Shown piece by piece: positions 35,307 to 50,859 of a stretch of DNA of 64,000 bases. Every line of letters starts with the position of its first letter. Within the stretch, counting starts at the first letter, position 1. The notes below the pieces were generated by a model. That model made no database searches. It was not told where the DNA came from and saw only the letters and a list, made by a program, of their open reading frames with translations. The position numbers were made by a program, and so were the translations under genes. Source of the DNA: Chrysomallon squamiferum (lineage: Eukaryota; Animalia; Mollusca); assembly GCA_012295275.1 (NCBI GenBank), contig CM022665.1, positions 18,476,001-18,540,000 on the forward strand, written 5' to 3'.

Positions 35307-38300
35307 TATTCTTAAGATCTGGAAATATAAAAAAAAAAAATTGATAAGAAAAATATCATTAACTTTTCAGGAAACATTAGACATATTTAGTACTATGTTT
35401 ATTTATCAAAAGTTGAGAAATATTTCAGTATTTATCATTAATCTTTCATTTACAATAATTTTATTCATCTCAGACAAAAATATGATAGGAACTGTAATAG
35501 AAGAAAACATTTTTAAGGATTATTAACCTTAGCACTAAAATAATTAAAATTGCTAAAATTTCTACAACAGGATGGGGTGAAAAATATATATACAATTTTT
35601 GACCTATTTTCCTACTCAGATTAAAAAAAAATAATTATAAAATAAAATAAATAGTAATAGTAATAGTAAAATAATAAAATTGTAAAAATAGAAATAAATA
35701 ATGTATATTATTCTAAATATAATACTTAAATTGAAGCTAATTTTGGTTTCTTATTTTACTGGTTTTCTTGCTTAATGGTACAGTAAACATGATCATTCAT
35801 TTGTCCATTTGTCATTCTTGCCAGATACCCAAGTGTGATTTATTAAAGTCTATGGTATGTGTTTTTCTCTATGAATATAGATACACATTAAATAATTCCT
35901 TCCATCAAGTCAATAAAAGTAGCATGTTTTTGATATCTAAATGAATAATATATTTATTTACACATTAGAACATGCTTAATATTGTTTTTATTTTCAGAAT
36001 ATTTAAGGTATAAAAATGTTTAATAATAAAAAAATCAATAAAAAAAATCACCTCCCCACCAAAACAAACACCTTCCCAAAACTACATAAAACAACAACAA
36101 AAACCATAACTACTTCCATCAAAAAAACCCCTGAACATCAACAACAAGGAAAAAAAAAGAAAAAGAAAAAAGAAGAGGTAATTTTTGTTCAAATAAGACA
36201 TTATCTGATGTTTTGTATTGTTAAAACTGAACAGACTTTTAAGTTTAGCTACATAAAATACTTGTCTGTCTCAGTTATTTCAGAAAAACAGTTTAACTGC
36301 TTCTAAACACAGCTGCAAAATGAAACAAATAGGCACAACCACATATAACGTTTCATCAATAATAGACATAGTTAATTTGTACTCAGGATATAATTTTTTT
36401 TTTTTTAAATTTAGCATTATTTGGAGATCAAAAAAGGAAAAAAATATAAAAATCATCATTATTGGTACTTAGCATTACTTGGATATAATATGTGTGTGTG
36501 TGTGTGTAAATTCATCATTATTGATACTTGGCATCAGTTGAACATAAGAACATAATTTTTTATTATCTATTTCTATATCTGTCTATCTACATCTGTAATA
36601 TATATACTCACACACGTGTGTATGACTATATATAATTATTTATTTATTTATTTATTCAATTACTTGGACATAAAAGAAAGAAAATAATTAAGATAGTAAG
36701 TCTGTTGTTGCATACAAGGGTCATGTGAAGAATTTGTAGACAATTGATCCTCTAGATAATTAGTATTGAAAATTCTGCAGCATGCCAGCAAGTGTCTCTC
36801 TGTTTCTACATAGATTGGTGGCACCAAGCCAAACACTTTATCCACAGAGTTTTGGACATCTTTATTAAACACTTTTTATGGTGGAGACTATTGTAGGTTA
36901 ATGGAGACAGTCATTACAACCTAAGAATTGTCTGTACATTTTATCGTCTGATAAAACTGCATAAAAATCAATTTAATATGGGGACAGGTCTGGCTAATTA
37001 TACAGAAAGTAATTTCCATTCTCTGCATTCAGTTTTATACCATCATCATAGATAATCCACCAGCCTGATTGTGTAGGTTGCATCAGATTACAAAGATGTA
37101 TGATAAAGAGACAGTCTACAGCAGCAGCGGAATGACATAATGCTGGTATCAATATTTATGAAACAGAAGTCAAGAAGAAAATATTTCTTAATCCTTTTGA
37201 CTTAAGGTCTAATAACTAGAATATTATTTTGTATACACTAGATATTGATTCTTAATTGTTTTAATTCCACATAGAATATCGCCTAAATGAACAGTTAAAA
37301 TATAGAAGAAATATTGGATTTTCGTTACATTGTGAAATAATTAATCCTTGATGTTTATAATGTATGTATGTTTGTGTGTATGTTGGTCTGTCTCTCTCTA
37401 TATATGTAATTGGTTTGTGCAGGATGCACAATGAAATATGAAATGACATTTTCTAAATGTCTGATTGTCTGGCTTTTCTTAAGATATTATTTTGCAGGAT
37501 ATTGATAATTTTTATATTTTTCTGGTTAATGTATTTCTGAGTTTAAAAGAAATATATTCTGTTTAATAAACATGACTTAAATACATTGATTCTCTGACTG
37601 TTTCTTTGATAACGAACATTTACTAATTTTGACATTTACTCTTCAGTTGAAACACATTACTATTTATTATTTTTTTTCACTAGGCAAACATGTTTTTGTT
37701 GTTGTTGTTGTTTTGTTTGTTTTCTCAACTTGAAATTCCCAGTGGACAGCTTAGACCCTGACTTTTTGTCTCCAAATTAGATTAATCAGCATTTATCACT
37801 GGGTTAATCTCATTCTTGAGTACATTCTTTTACAATTTTGTTTTTTTGGTTTTTTTTGTTTGTTGAGATTCACCAACTTATGAATTTTCTTATTTCTCAC
37901 CTCCAAATTTTCATTTTTTAAATTTTAACATCATTTAACATAAAATTATAATCATTTTGTTTCATATTAAGAGAAATTCACAGCCAATCACTCCCCCCAC
38001 CAAAAACAACACCCACCAACAAAACCACATATATATATATATAAAAACAAGAAAAGAAAAGAAGCTATTAACATTTTAATTAATATATTTTTGTTTAAAT
38101 TGAATTATTTTTTTAGTCTGCACATAAAATTATAAAATATTCTGCCTAGCATAGTGTTTGTGAAATGTAATCTAAAAAAAAAACATTCCCAAAAACCAAA
38201 CAATATCTTTCCTTGCAAACATGTTTATTTTCATGTTGTTAATTTTGAAACAATTCACTGATACGAGAAAACTCGGAATGGAATGCAAGTTCACACACAA

Positions 38301-40134
38301 TGCTGATGGTTTTGATTGCTTACTTTGTGATTTATGATTTTTGTGTTTGTCCTGACTCAAATATCACAGCTAATCAGTCGAATGAATTGGTGGTCTAGGA
38401 TTAATTTCTCTTTTGTTTGACTGCCAAAACTGTTCATTCCTTTCCTCTCTGATATATATCTCTTTCACATGCAGTGCAGGGCTCCTTTGTTTGGCAAATT
38501 CTTCAAAATAACTTTGCTGTTAAAAATGAAATAGATTTAGACTTGCATGCTTTTCTGGTGATGCACAAGATACTTCAGTTGCTTATGGTGTTAGGAGATG
38601 AAGACAGTTGATATTTATCAGTTCAGAAAGTGTGAAAGAAAGAAATGTTATGACTTTTATGTAATTGAATGTATGTCTGTTTATTTTTATTTAAAGAATT
38701 ATTAGGAAAGAGATTTTGGAATTAATTTTATGGTGATATTATATTTAGCATGAATATTTAATGATATCAACAGAAAAAAAGTTTTTTACATTCACACATA
38801 CACACATACATGGAAAAATACACTCAGATATACATATTCACATATATTACACACACACACACAGATACATACATTTATACACATATACCCAAATAAAAAA
38901 CACACACACACACACATACACATACATAAACACACTCAGACACACACATACACACACACAAATACATGTAGATAGAAAAACATGTCTTGGCCTTTATTTA
39001 ACAGTTGTATGAGACTGGCTAGAAAGAAAAATACCTCAAGTATCAGGTTCATTCCAGAGTTGTTGGTGCCCCTAGCACACTGATATCAACACCCCGACTT
39101 ACTGTCATGAAATTTCCTTTAAGACATGTCACACACACATACACAAATACATGGAGACAAGACCTTTGCTTACCATCATAGAATTTGCTTTGTGATTTGC
39201 TTTTGACTTCAGAATCATCATAACAGAAATAATTAAAAATGAAACTTTAGAAAATCTGTCTCCACTCAAAGTATTTTTATATTTGGGTGGGAGGGGGTTA
39301 TTTTATTTATTATTTTAACATTGTATTTGGAACATCACAACCCTGTGACAAACGTGTACTGATCTTATCACATTCTTATTACTTCTTATTACCTACATAC
39401 ATATATTGGCATCTTATTACACACACACATGCACATATATATGTATGTATCCCATTCTTATTATATATATATATATGTATGTCAGTATAAGTGCGTGTGT
39501 GTGTCTATATATCAAATTTACATTTAACATCCCTTACAACATATCTGTTTTAAGAAGAAAAAAGAATCATCTCTTTTCCCCTTATTTTACTGTTCTTGAA
39601 TATTTCACTGTTGTCCTTTGTTAAAATATTAAGAGATAACAACAAGTGGCATATTTTTGCTGTGGATTTTCATAAAATGAATTCTTATTCTTTAGACAAA
39701 AACTGTACCTAATGTATTTTCCATTTTTTTCTTTTACAAAACACAAATTTTTTTTTTTTAAAAAGCAAAAAAAAAAAAAAGGTTTCATAACAAACAATTT
39801 GTTGGTACCAATAGGTAATCTAAATATATTTGCTGATGTGAATGTTGAACAGGTCAGCTGTTAAATATTTAACTGAATTCGTATATAAATTTTGTTTTCT
39901 TGGAATATAATTGCTTTCCTCAGTTATTTGTCTCAGAGATGTCAAAAATGTTTCAGACCACTAAATATCCAATGAAGCCTAAATCTTGAGAGAGGAACAC
40001 TATGTAATTATTTGTCTAAGAATGTAAAGAAATGTCAGTATGTTTCCACATTAAGAACTGATAGGTTGCAGAACACTATTTATTGTCTAATGTTTCATAG
40101 ATGTTTCCCCTTAAGACATGTTGTTATACATGCA

Positions 40135-40500
40135 GATGATAATCATACTGAAAATGATTGATATTGATATTATTGATATTGAAATTACTGATATTGATGA
40201 TATTGATACTGATATTATTGATATTGATAATGATATTGAAATTATTGATATTCATAATGATATTGAAATTATTGATACTGATATTATTGATAATGATCCT
40301 GAAATTACTGCTTTTGATATTGATAAAGATATTGATAATATTAAAATTATGAATAATGATATTATTGATATTGAAATTATTAATATTGATAACAGTATCC
40401 CAATTATTGATTCTGATAATGATATTGAAATTATTAATGCTGATAATGATACTGAAATCATTGATATTGATAATGATACTGAAATTACTGATGCTGATTA
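40135..40500. repeat. Degenerate (ATTGAT)-based low-complexity tandem repeat
   Basis: Recurrent gatattgaaattattgat; gives the pseudo-ORF rich in D and I. Confidence 0.85.
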
Positions 40501-43500
40501 ATAGTGATATTATTTTAGATTGTATAGCATGTTGTCTTTGGCTCTGCTGTAATAATTGTGCAATGTTATATACTTACATTTGTATTAAAATTATATTTCA
40601 TTTTAAGAAGAAAATTCAGTATTAAAGATAGAAATTTAAATGTTTATATTTTGCTGGTATATATTGTAAGTAATCATTTTGTGTGAATTTTGTAAAGAAA
40701 TTTCAGATTAGTTTAAAAACATGAAATGTGATTTTTATTGTTTTATTTTGGTTCTTAAAAAAAAAATATATATATATGAATTTAGATTCTAATATAACCT
40801 TCTCAAAAAATAAGAATAAAGAAATAAATAAATATAATAAAAAAAAAATAAAAAACGTCATTGAAAATAAACATTATAAGTAAATAATTATAAATTAAAG
40901 TAAAAAATTAGTTCTGTGCTGATTCTAAGAAACCAACGTTTCATGATATTTACAAATCCAGTTTAAAATTAAGCTCACAGACTAAGACTAGGGCAGATAT
41001 TTTGCTTTCAGTAGTGTCATATTGATTGTTAGTCAACTATCTTTCTTAATTTAATGCGTGTATAAAGTTAGTGGTTACACTTGATAAATGAGCTGTTGTT
41101 TGCAAATATTTTGATGGCACCCATGCATTGAATATTACCCTGCAGCATAATTAAATCATATAATGATGATCTTTCATGACTGATTTGTTTGTAATGAGAG
41201 AAAATCGATTAATCTGAAATAAAATAGAGCGTGTTACTCAGTTTTTGAAATAACTCAAGGTTTTTTGAATTTAGTGATATATATATATTTATTTCCTTTT
41301 TTATTTTTTTATTTTTTGAAATCAAAGAAGCAACAAAAACATCAATGAAATAAAATGTTTGTGTGTGTGTTAAAAACATCTATGGAAATGTTAAGATTAT
41401 TTTAACTTACTTAAAAGTAAAAACTCAAATTAGTTCTTACAAAAAAAATTAAAATGTAATACAGCAAAATATTTGAAATGTTTAAAAAGTTAGAAGAGTA
41501 CTGAAAAACATCAGTGAAAATGAAAATAAAATATTTAAAAAGTTATAAATTAATATACTGAAAAACATCAATGGAAATTGAGATTAAAAAAAAAGAAGAG
41601 AAAAAAAGGTTAAATATCTGTATGTTGAAAGGCATTTTCGTGAACATGAAAGGATAAATCAAATTCATTGTTTTTATTAGGAAAAAGTGATAATATGATA
41701 ACAGTTACTGGAAATGAAAAAAAAAAAAGACCTGAAAAGTGTAATATAACCCAAATTAAATAATTTCAATTTTTTTTAAAATTAATGTTTTGAAAAACAC
41801 TTTAAGAATAAATGAAAATATTATCATAAAATTACTCAGATAAAATAACAATTTAAAAAAAAAAGTCATTTGTTGAAATCAAGAAGAAAGAAAGGTTATC
41901 GTCTCCACTGTGCAGATCCTTCTAGTAATTGAGTTTGTCTTGTCTGACAGTTTTGGGCTGAGTTCGCAGAGAAGCTGTGAAAACTCATTTCTCCTGTCAC
42001 CACAGACCTGTCGGCATGAGAAGCAATCACACAGTATCAATTATTTAGTAATCCGCAGGTTTCTAATGGTAATGCTGTATTATGACAAGAACTGTAGTTT
42101 GTCACAAAAGATGAATGTAACTGTATTAAGCACCAGATTCTGGGTTGGTTGTATGTTTCCTGTGGCAATTTAAGTAGGTATAGGGGATTTTTTATTATTA
42201 TTATTTTTTTTTTAAAATTTTAAATGCTCTTGGACAAAATGTGACCAAAATAATATATATTATTATTATTATTTTTACTACTGTGGTTTTTATTGATATT
42301 GAAGTCTTGTTAGTACTTTTTTAAAATAACGTGGTTGACACATACATTATTGAAGTTAGTCTTTGAAATTGTAAAATTGTAAGCTATGAATTTGTTGATA
42401 ATAATAATAATTTTAACAGTAACATCAACAACATCAGCAACAGTCAATCAATTAATAAATGAATGAATGAATCAGTAATAACAATAATAATAATAACAAC
42501 CGCAGTAATAATAATATCATCATCATCATTTATTTATTTATTTATGTCACTTTGTTTTTAGTAATATGTAATATCTATATAATGTGTGACTGTATAACAT
42601 TTACATATATATTTTTTTAAACATATCTAGTCTCATAATTTCATAAATATTTAGTATACAACTTGTTAACAGATATTTATGCTGTTTAAGGTAAAAAAAA
42701 AAACCCACAAATAAGCAAATTAATTACAATTCCAAAAATGTGTTTTCAGCTAGTACTGTTTTCTGTTCATTGTTATCTGTAAACTGTCAAAAAAAAAAAA
42801 AAAAGTCATTTTTAATCTGTGGAATATTTAAGAGAAACAGCAATCCCATAGGCATACCAAACTGAATATTCTTGGTCCTTCCATTTGACATAGAAATATT
42901 TTAGCTTTGAGGTTCTTGTATTATCTGATACTCAACTTAAACAAACAACATAGCTGGCATGATTTTTATTACAGTTACTTTGTATTTTAACAGAAATGAC
43001 TTACAAAATATAACTTACATGTTTAAAAAGAGAATGAGAAATTAAACTAATGTTACTATGTTAACAATATTGTAATGGTGGGTGTGAAAAATCTTTAACA
43101 GAGTACACATCAATATTATCATCATTGTTCCAGTTACATATCACTATTTCTTCCATTTTTTTTCTTTCTACCTCATCATGCTAATAATAAAAAATAAAAA
43201 CTGTTGTAAATTTTTTTCCTATGACAAATATTAATAATTTTATTATTTCTGTTGCATATAGTAAAATACACACAAACACACGCACAGACTTTAATAACCT
43301 AACCTCCTCCAAACATTTGTAGTACCTGTATTGCACATTCACATACAGATGCACATACACACTCAGACACACACAGACAGAGACACATACAGACACTCAA
43401 ACAATAATCTCCTGAAATGAACATGCAGTATAAATATTGCTTATGACTGTAATGGTGACAGTAACTGAAAGAAGAACCAACAAGAACAAAAACAAACATA

Positions 43501-45745
43501 AAAATGTGGCTGTTAAATACAGGTTTGCATATTGTTAATTATTATTTTTCTCTGGTTGTGTATCACAGTTATGAAACTGTCAGGTTTGATCTATTCTATA
43601 AGTAATACTTTGATAGCTACTGCTAGTAAGAACATTCTGATTCTGAAAACAAACACATCCATTTTCTGAAGATTGACCCTTATAAAATGAGATCAATGAT
43701 ACAAAAACAAAGTGTACATATATATGTATAAAACCATTTTTAAAACCATTTTTGGTTTTGTTAGAGTCTTTTACATTTATGTTTTACTCTGTTTCATCCT
43801 TTTACTTTTGGAAACTTAAATACTATTATTATTATAATTATCATCATATTAAAAATCATCATCATCATCATATTATCATTATCATTATTATTACAGTCAT
43901 TATTATTATTATTGCTATTGTTGTTTTATTTTTTTAATAAAAATTTTGGTTAGTTATAAAATATTAAATCTTTATCACACGAAGCTGAAATACAACTTTT
44001 ACAGGTACCTACATACACACACAAACTTACTTGTACGTAGATACATCAATCCATGCATCCATCTATAAATACATATCACTGTACATATATACATAAAAAT
44101 AAACACATACACACACATACATAAATATATACATACAAATGAGTATGTGTGTGCATTAGCATATTTCTGCAGACAAATTTTTATTATTATACATTTATAT
44201 ATATATTTTTTTATTTCAGAGTAAACTTCAAGTTAAATTTGTTCTGAACATTCATCTATTCAGATGAATATTTTTCTATTATATAAGTAATGTTATGGTG
44301 TCATGTAGTTTCATTTTGATCCAGATATGTGTACTATTGTTATTATTATTGTTTTTATTGTTATTTTTATTATTATATGATCATGATCATTATCATTATG
44401 ATTCTTCTTTTTCTTTGTCTTATTATTAACATTTTAATGATGATAATAATAATATTATTTTATTGATGTTATTAAATAACTCAGAATATATGTCTAAATA
44501 TTCTTTGCTTCAAAAAAGAGTTATTTCTTACAAATGAAGATTTTTGTTGATCCATCTAACAAAGTATTACTTTTAAGATTTAACCTTATTTTATAAATCA
44601 AAAAAAATAAAAATAGAAGAGAGAGAGAGAGAGAGAGACACACACACACACACACACACAGAGACACACACACACACACAGGGAATTACATTATTAAAAA
44701 CATATTAAATACACTTTTATCACAGCAAGGAATTCATGACCATTTCTGTTTAACATTATTTATTTCATTGATATGATTGTAAAAAAAACATTAAACAAAC
44801 CAATACCATAGCAAGGAACCTTTGATGATTTTTCTTTAACAAAGAATTACATTATTTCTTTCATTGACATGATTGTAAAAAGCATATTAAACACACTAAT
44901 ATCATACAAGAAATGCATTACAAAAAATTACATTATTTTATTAACTGACTGTAAAAAGTATATTAAAGAAACCAGTATTATAGGAAGGAATCTTAGACAA
45001 AAAAAAAAAAAAAAAAAAAAGAAAAGAAATGTATATCTCATTTCTTTCAGTTATTGTAAAAAAAGCGTATTAAACACACCAATATCCATGACCATTTCTC
45101 TTAAACACACTCTGAATGCTTGCAGGCATCATAGACTGTTAGTGATTTGGGGTTTTCAGAATTCCATTTAAGCCAATAAATCTCCATCAGCTGGCAAAAA
45201 GAAAAGTGCCTGTGTTTCTTAGATAAGCTGGATCAAAAGCTAACATCAATCTGAATACGTGGCAGGGTTTGTCTACAACTGTGCACATGTTTGATTGTCA
45301 AATAATGGCTTCCATTTCTGGTATTGTAAATTGACTAAGAGTTTGTGAAACGCAGCAAATGTCATTCTTCAGCATCATTTCTTTACTGACATCTCTTCAT
45401 ATTTGCTAAAAACTGATGGCAAAATTCATCACCCAAAAAAAAAAAAAAAAAAACCATCAGAGTATAAACATATATATATATATATATACACATATATATA
45501 TATTCTGCTAGTATGTTTTTATGTTGTTAAACTAAAAATGACAGTTTATGGATTTTGGTGTGTTTTCCTTGATATCTTACTTTATTATTATTATTCCTAA
45601 TTTTTTTGAAAATGAATAAACAATTTATCCTTACAAATTGTTAAACACTGCTAATGGAATATCTGTGTGAAAAAAACATGAGTTCATATTGATTTTGCAC
45701 TCAGCATTTATTTTTTTTTTTTTTGTTATGTCTATTTATTGTTTT

Positions 45746-45782
<37 letters not shown>

Positions 45783-46199
45783 AATAAATAAAGAAATTGA
45801 TGAAAACCAAAATTTTCTGAATATCAAATCATAATAACAAAACATAGGACTAAACTTTTATAATCTTTCTCAAAAAAAATAAAAAATAAAAATAAAATAA
45901 ATATAATTTTTTTTTTTTTAAATTAAATTAAAAAAAAAAAATTAGTTATTGTAAATCTCCTAGTATCAGTCACAACAGATATTATTAAAATGAAACAGAA
46001 TCCTTGATACACACCACAGTTATCTAATTTCATCCTCCCACATTTTCTAAAGCAAGTCTTCTTGTAAGAAGCTTAATTTTACAGAGAGATTTAAAAAAAA
46101 TTTTGTTTCAATGTTTTAAAATTTTGATTAACCATATTAAGAACCAAATTAAAAATCTCTGTGTGGATGTGAGTGTATGTGTGTATATGTTTTTATGTG

Positions 46200-46234
<35 letters not shown>

Positions 46235-47517
46235 CATGCGCGAAGAAGTGGGTAAACTAAAAAATACATTTTTGAATATTAAAAGAAAACATTCTTACAA
46301 ATAAATAACTTTCTGTGTTATATCTTATGAGCGTTTAATTTTTATATTATTTTTTTTAATTATTTTTTAAATTGATTACTGTAATGTGTATAGTATCAAC
46401 CCTATCAGATGTAGTTTAAATAAAAGAAGTAATATTACTGAGAACAGAAAACATTTTCCCATGATTAGTTCCAGTTAAGATGGATTTCAGAAGTAATATT
46501 TGTTAAATTACAAAATGATTTTTTAATAGTGATCTGTGGGAATCTTAATTTTAAAACCATGAAACAAACATTAATTTATCTCTCTGTATGTCAGTCTACT
46601 GTCTATCTGTCTCCTTCTCACTCTTTGTATCTTTCTGTTTCTCTCTGTCTCTGTGTCTGTCTGTTTCTCTCTCAACATATTTAAAACAAATTAGCTGGAA
46701 AAACTCATTGATATTTGTATAAACACTAGTGCTTTAAAAATAATTCCAACCAAGATGACATTTTCAAAATAACAGTAGATATACTGAAGAAAAATTCATT
46801 AGGGTAATAAAAAACCCAAATGTTTTTAATTTTTAATAGAAAGTCATTTATCATATGGTTCCACCATATTTCAGAAGAATTCCTTTGACATTTAAGAGAT
46901 GAATTAATTCCTGAGCTAAGAAAGAAAGAACATTTTGGATTTTGACAAGCCTTTTTTTTTTTTAAATTTTAAATTTTAATTTTTTAATTTTTTTTTAATT
47001 GATAGCTGTTTGACAAATGCAAAGAAACCAATAAATACCATGTATATGATGATATTATTAGAACAGAAAAATATCAGCTTCAAAATATTAAACTGTACCC
47101 TTCTGATATATTTTATGATTGAATAAGATTAGCCAACAATAACAACAAATAAATAATTTAAAAAAAAAAAAAAAAAAAAAAATATTAATAAATGAAATGA
47201 AATTAAAAAGAAATAAATAATTAAAAAAAAAGTTAAAAAAAAAAAAAAACCTTTTCCATTTCTCCCCTTGGTATAATTAAAAGGTAAAATATTTATTTCT
47301 AGACATTATTTCAGTAATAATGATAATAATAATAATAATAAAAAGAAGAAGAAGAAGATGAAAAAGCAAAGAAAAAAAAAGAAAAAAGAAAAATAATAAA
47401 TAACCCTACATAAAATTTTTATTAAAAATATTTGACAAGAAACACTAATATTGTATTTCAGTTTTTAATTTGGCTCTTTGCTTAAATGATTTTCATAAGT
47501 CATTCCTTTCTCAAAGT

Positions 47518-47850
47518 CTAGCAACATTAATATTAATATACTTTATTTTCTAGCAACATTAATATTAATACATTTTATTTCCTAGCAACATTAAAATGAG
47601 ATTTTATTTTCTGCATCATTAATATTAAATTTTATTTTCTAGCAATACCAATATTAGATTTTGTTTTTGAGCAACATTAATATTACATTTTATCTTACAG
47701 TTTATTTTCTAGCAATATTTAATATTTTATAAAAAAAAATACTTTATTTTCTAGCAACATTAATATTACATTTTTTTTTCTTTTTAGCAACATTATTATT
47801 AGATTGTCTAGCAATATTAATAATAATTTTTCTAGTGATATTAATATTAG
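47518..47850. repeat. ~30-bp degenerate tandem repeat
   Basis: Unit ~CTAGCAACATTAATATTA..TTTTATTTT, about 10 copies. Confidence 0.8.
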
Positions 47851-48929
47851 ATTTCATTATGCATATCCCTTCTTTAGTAAGCTAAATGAATATATTTTCT
47901 GACAAATAATATTTTGAACAAATATTGATGACTGGCATAAAATTAATCTTAGTGAAATGAACTTGGACAGTTCCAGTTGATACTAACAATGCTGAAAGAA
48001 GAATTCTTCATATATATATATATATATATGCTGATTAACCACAGTCCTTAAAAAGATAATTTAATGATATTTGTTTACAAGTAAACTTCAGTTCCTATGG
48101 GCCCATGGTTATGGAGAGTTCACTTCTTTGATATTCTGCTGGAGATAAAAAAAAAAAATTAAATAATAATAATAAATAAGAAAAAATAAAAATTAAAAAA
48201 GATATATGTTTGAAAAGCAACATTGCACACAAAAAACATAACCAACTTACTTTTATTTTTTTATTTAAAATACAAATTTTCATATAACATCTACTTTATC
48301 AGCTGTCATTTTAGGAAATATATTTAAAATGATTAAAAATCATAAAGGAAATATTAAAATATGATCACTTTTTAGACACATTTTTACTTGCCTATTTCTT
48401 TTATTTCCTTAACAACACAGAAGATCTTCACAATCCACACAACTCTAACTGTTTTTGTGCTATGTATAATGGAGAAAAACATGGAATTAATTTCTCTGCT
48501 TTGTTCATGTGACAAGGCTGTGACATTTTGTTGGTTGTTGATGTGTCATGAAAACTGATAGTTTCCTGTCAGCATCATTGTTGTTGCCGTTGATCAAATT
48601 TATTAAACTTGTGTCTCAAAGAGTCTTGTTGCTATGGAATCTCCACTTCATCGTCCATAACAACAGCAGTGAAAACTTTGCCAAATTGAATGGCAGGGAG
48701 GACACAAAACAGTTTGATTAGTTTTACAAGGTGCTTTATTTCGTGGAAGCCAAAACACCATTTTAAAATGGTCCTGTGTAATATGCTATGATGTTTACCT
48801 CACTGATGGGAGAGTTAGAGGAGTTTGCTGATTGGAAAATACAAAGAAATGTCAGTCTAAAATCCATTAATTAATTTCACTCTGTCATATCTTTTTTTTT
48901 TCTTCTTCTTTTCTTTTTTTTTTTGAGGC

Positions 48930-48960
48930 TTTAAAAAAGATTACAAAGGTCCCTTCTCAG

Positions 48961-48999
<39 letters not shown>

Positions 49000-49072
49000 A
49001 GGCAGTGAAGGAAATTATATCTTTCCTATCTTTTTTTTTTTGTAGCAATGAAGGAGATTTTATCTGTCCCAT

Positions 49073-49103
<31 letters not shown>

Positions 49104-49605
49104 GGTTTTGGCAGTGAATCTCATCTGTCTCTCTCCATTTTTTTTTGTTGTTGAGGAAATTATATGTGTTCTGTTTTTTTTTTCTTTTTTCTGAGACAGT
49201 GAAGGAGATTTCATCTGTCCCATCTCTGTCTGTTTTCTTTTTCTTTTTTTGGAGTCTGTGAAGGAGGTTATATTCAGTTCCATTTCTTTTCTTTTTTTTT
49301 TTTTTTTTTTTTTTTCTTTTTTGTTGCAATGAAGGTGACTAGATTACATCTGTCCCAACTCTCTCTCTTTCTTTTTTCTTTTCTTTTCTGACCAATCTCT
49401 GTTTTTTATTTTTTTTTATTTAAAAAAATATTTTTTACTTATTTATTTATTTATGTTTTTGAGTCAGTAAAGATTACATTTGTCCCATCTTTTCTTTCTT
49501 TCTTTTTTTCATGCAGTGAAGGAAATTACATGTCCAATCACTTTTTTTTGTTTCTTTTTTTGTTTTGAGTCTGTGAAGGCGATTACATCTTCTGGGTCCA
49601 TCTAT
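48930..49605. repeat. Array of ~30-bp units separated by variable poly-T tracts
   Basis: GCAGTGAAGGARATTACATCTGTCCCATCT-like unit, about 10 copies. Confidence 0.8.
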
Positions 49606-50140
49606 TGTTCAGTGGTCTTATCTAGTTTTATGTACAGCTGAGAGTTTGTAGAAAGTAAAAAATGAGCTGCTTTTATTCTGGATCACAGACTTTTGTGCCA
49701 AGAATGAACTATGACAATCAATCTGGAACTTAATTTGGTCCAAGACAGAATACCGTTCATCTCCATTTAGAGTGATACATTGAGTCCTGTTTGAAAGAAC
49801 ATGCTTGTAATTCAAATAGATTGTAAAGTATTTTTTTATATTGTTTTTCTTTGATGTACATAATAAAATAGATAATAACAAAGGCATGTTCATCTGAAAT
49901 AATGCCAGGACTGTTATGCAGCTGTGTTGTAACATTGCTATATGAAACCATTTCAAACATCTTTACAGCCTTTGAAATACAAAATTAGATTTTATGAGTA
50001 ACTTTGGTTTAAGCAATAAAGTGTTTATTATAAATATAGAAATATCTAAATTTACAGCTAGTTTTGATTTTTATACTTGATAGATAACTTAAAGCAAATT
50101 TATTATTTCTCTGTTTCTTTTTGCATTAATGGTATTATTA

Positions 50141-50171
<31 letters not shown>

Positions 50172-50859
50172 TTTAAATTAAAAAACTAAAATATATGGAT
50201 TTACTTTTTCTGTTACTTCAGTATTCAGAATCTAATGTTTGTACCATAACTGGTTCTAAAATATAGCTTTATAGCTGTAATAATACTTAATTTACATTTG
50301 AATAATTATCATATATGCAATTCTAGCAGATAATTAATATATATTTTATATCCATCATGCATTCACAAATAAATATACATTAAACAACAACAGCCACAGA
50401 AATATACAGGGAAGTACATACCATATACTTTATTAATCAAATCTATCACCAAACACTGGAGAGCTTTGATCCAACATCCTTTCAAACTGTACATCGCACT
50501 TGTAACAATTTAATTTGCATTAGCGCTAATCTCGTGTATCTTGGAACAATTCTGTTCTAATTGGTCAGAAAGTGAAACCTCCTGTTAAACGACAAGTCAA
50601 CGGAAATATGCGAAAACTGAGAAAAATCAAAGAGGAAACAAATCAATGCAGAAGTCTCAGCATCCACCACTAGATCATCATTGTTGTGACAGTAAATCTT
50701 CCAGCTACCTTTTTACAACTGACTGCAGATACATCATATTTTTAATTTCTCTATCTCTTTACTCTCTTTCCATTACGCTAAAGGATTATTACCTCTTTGC
50801 CCAGCCGCAGTCATTTTCGCAAATTTGAAATTGAAATATGAGGCAGATGCAGTGTGAAG

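Noticed and set aside
40118-40501. 127-aa acidic D/I-rich ORF (biomineralisation-like)
   Set aside because: It is a degenerate ATTGAT repeat with no signal peptide, splice context or unique domain.
41910-42173. 87-aa ORF following a cag acceptor-like site
   Set aside because: It has no recognisable domain and weak splice support; kept only as a non-coding island.
48930-49605. CRISPR-like repeat-spacer layout
   Set aside because: Spacers are low-complexity poly-T of variable length, repeats are divergent, and there are no cas genes.
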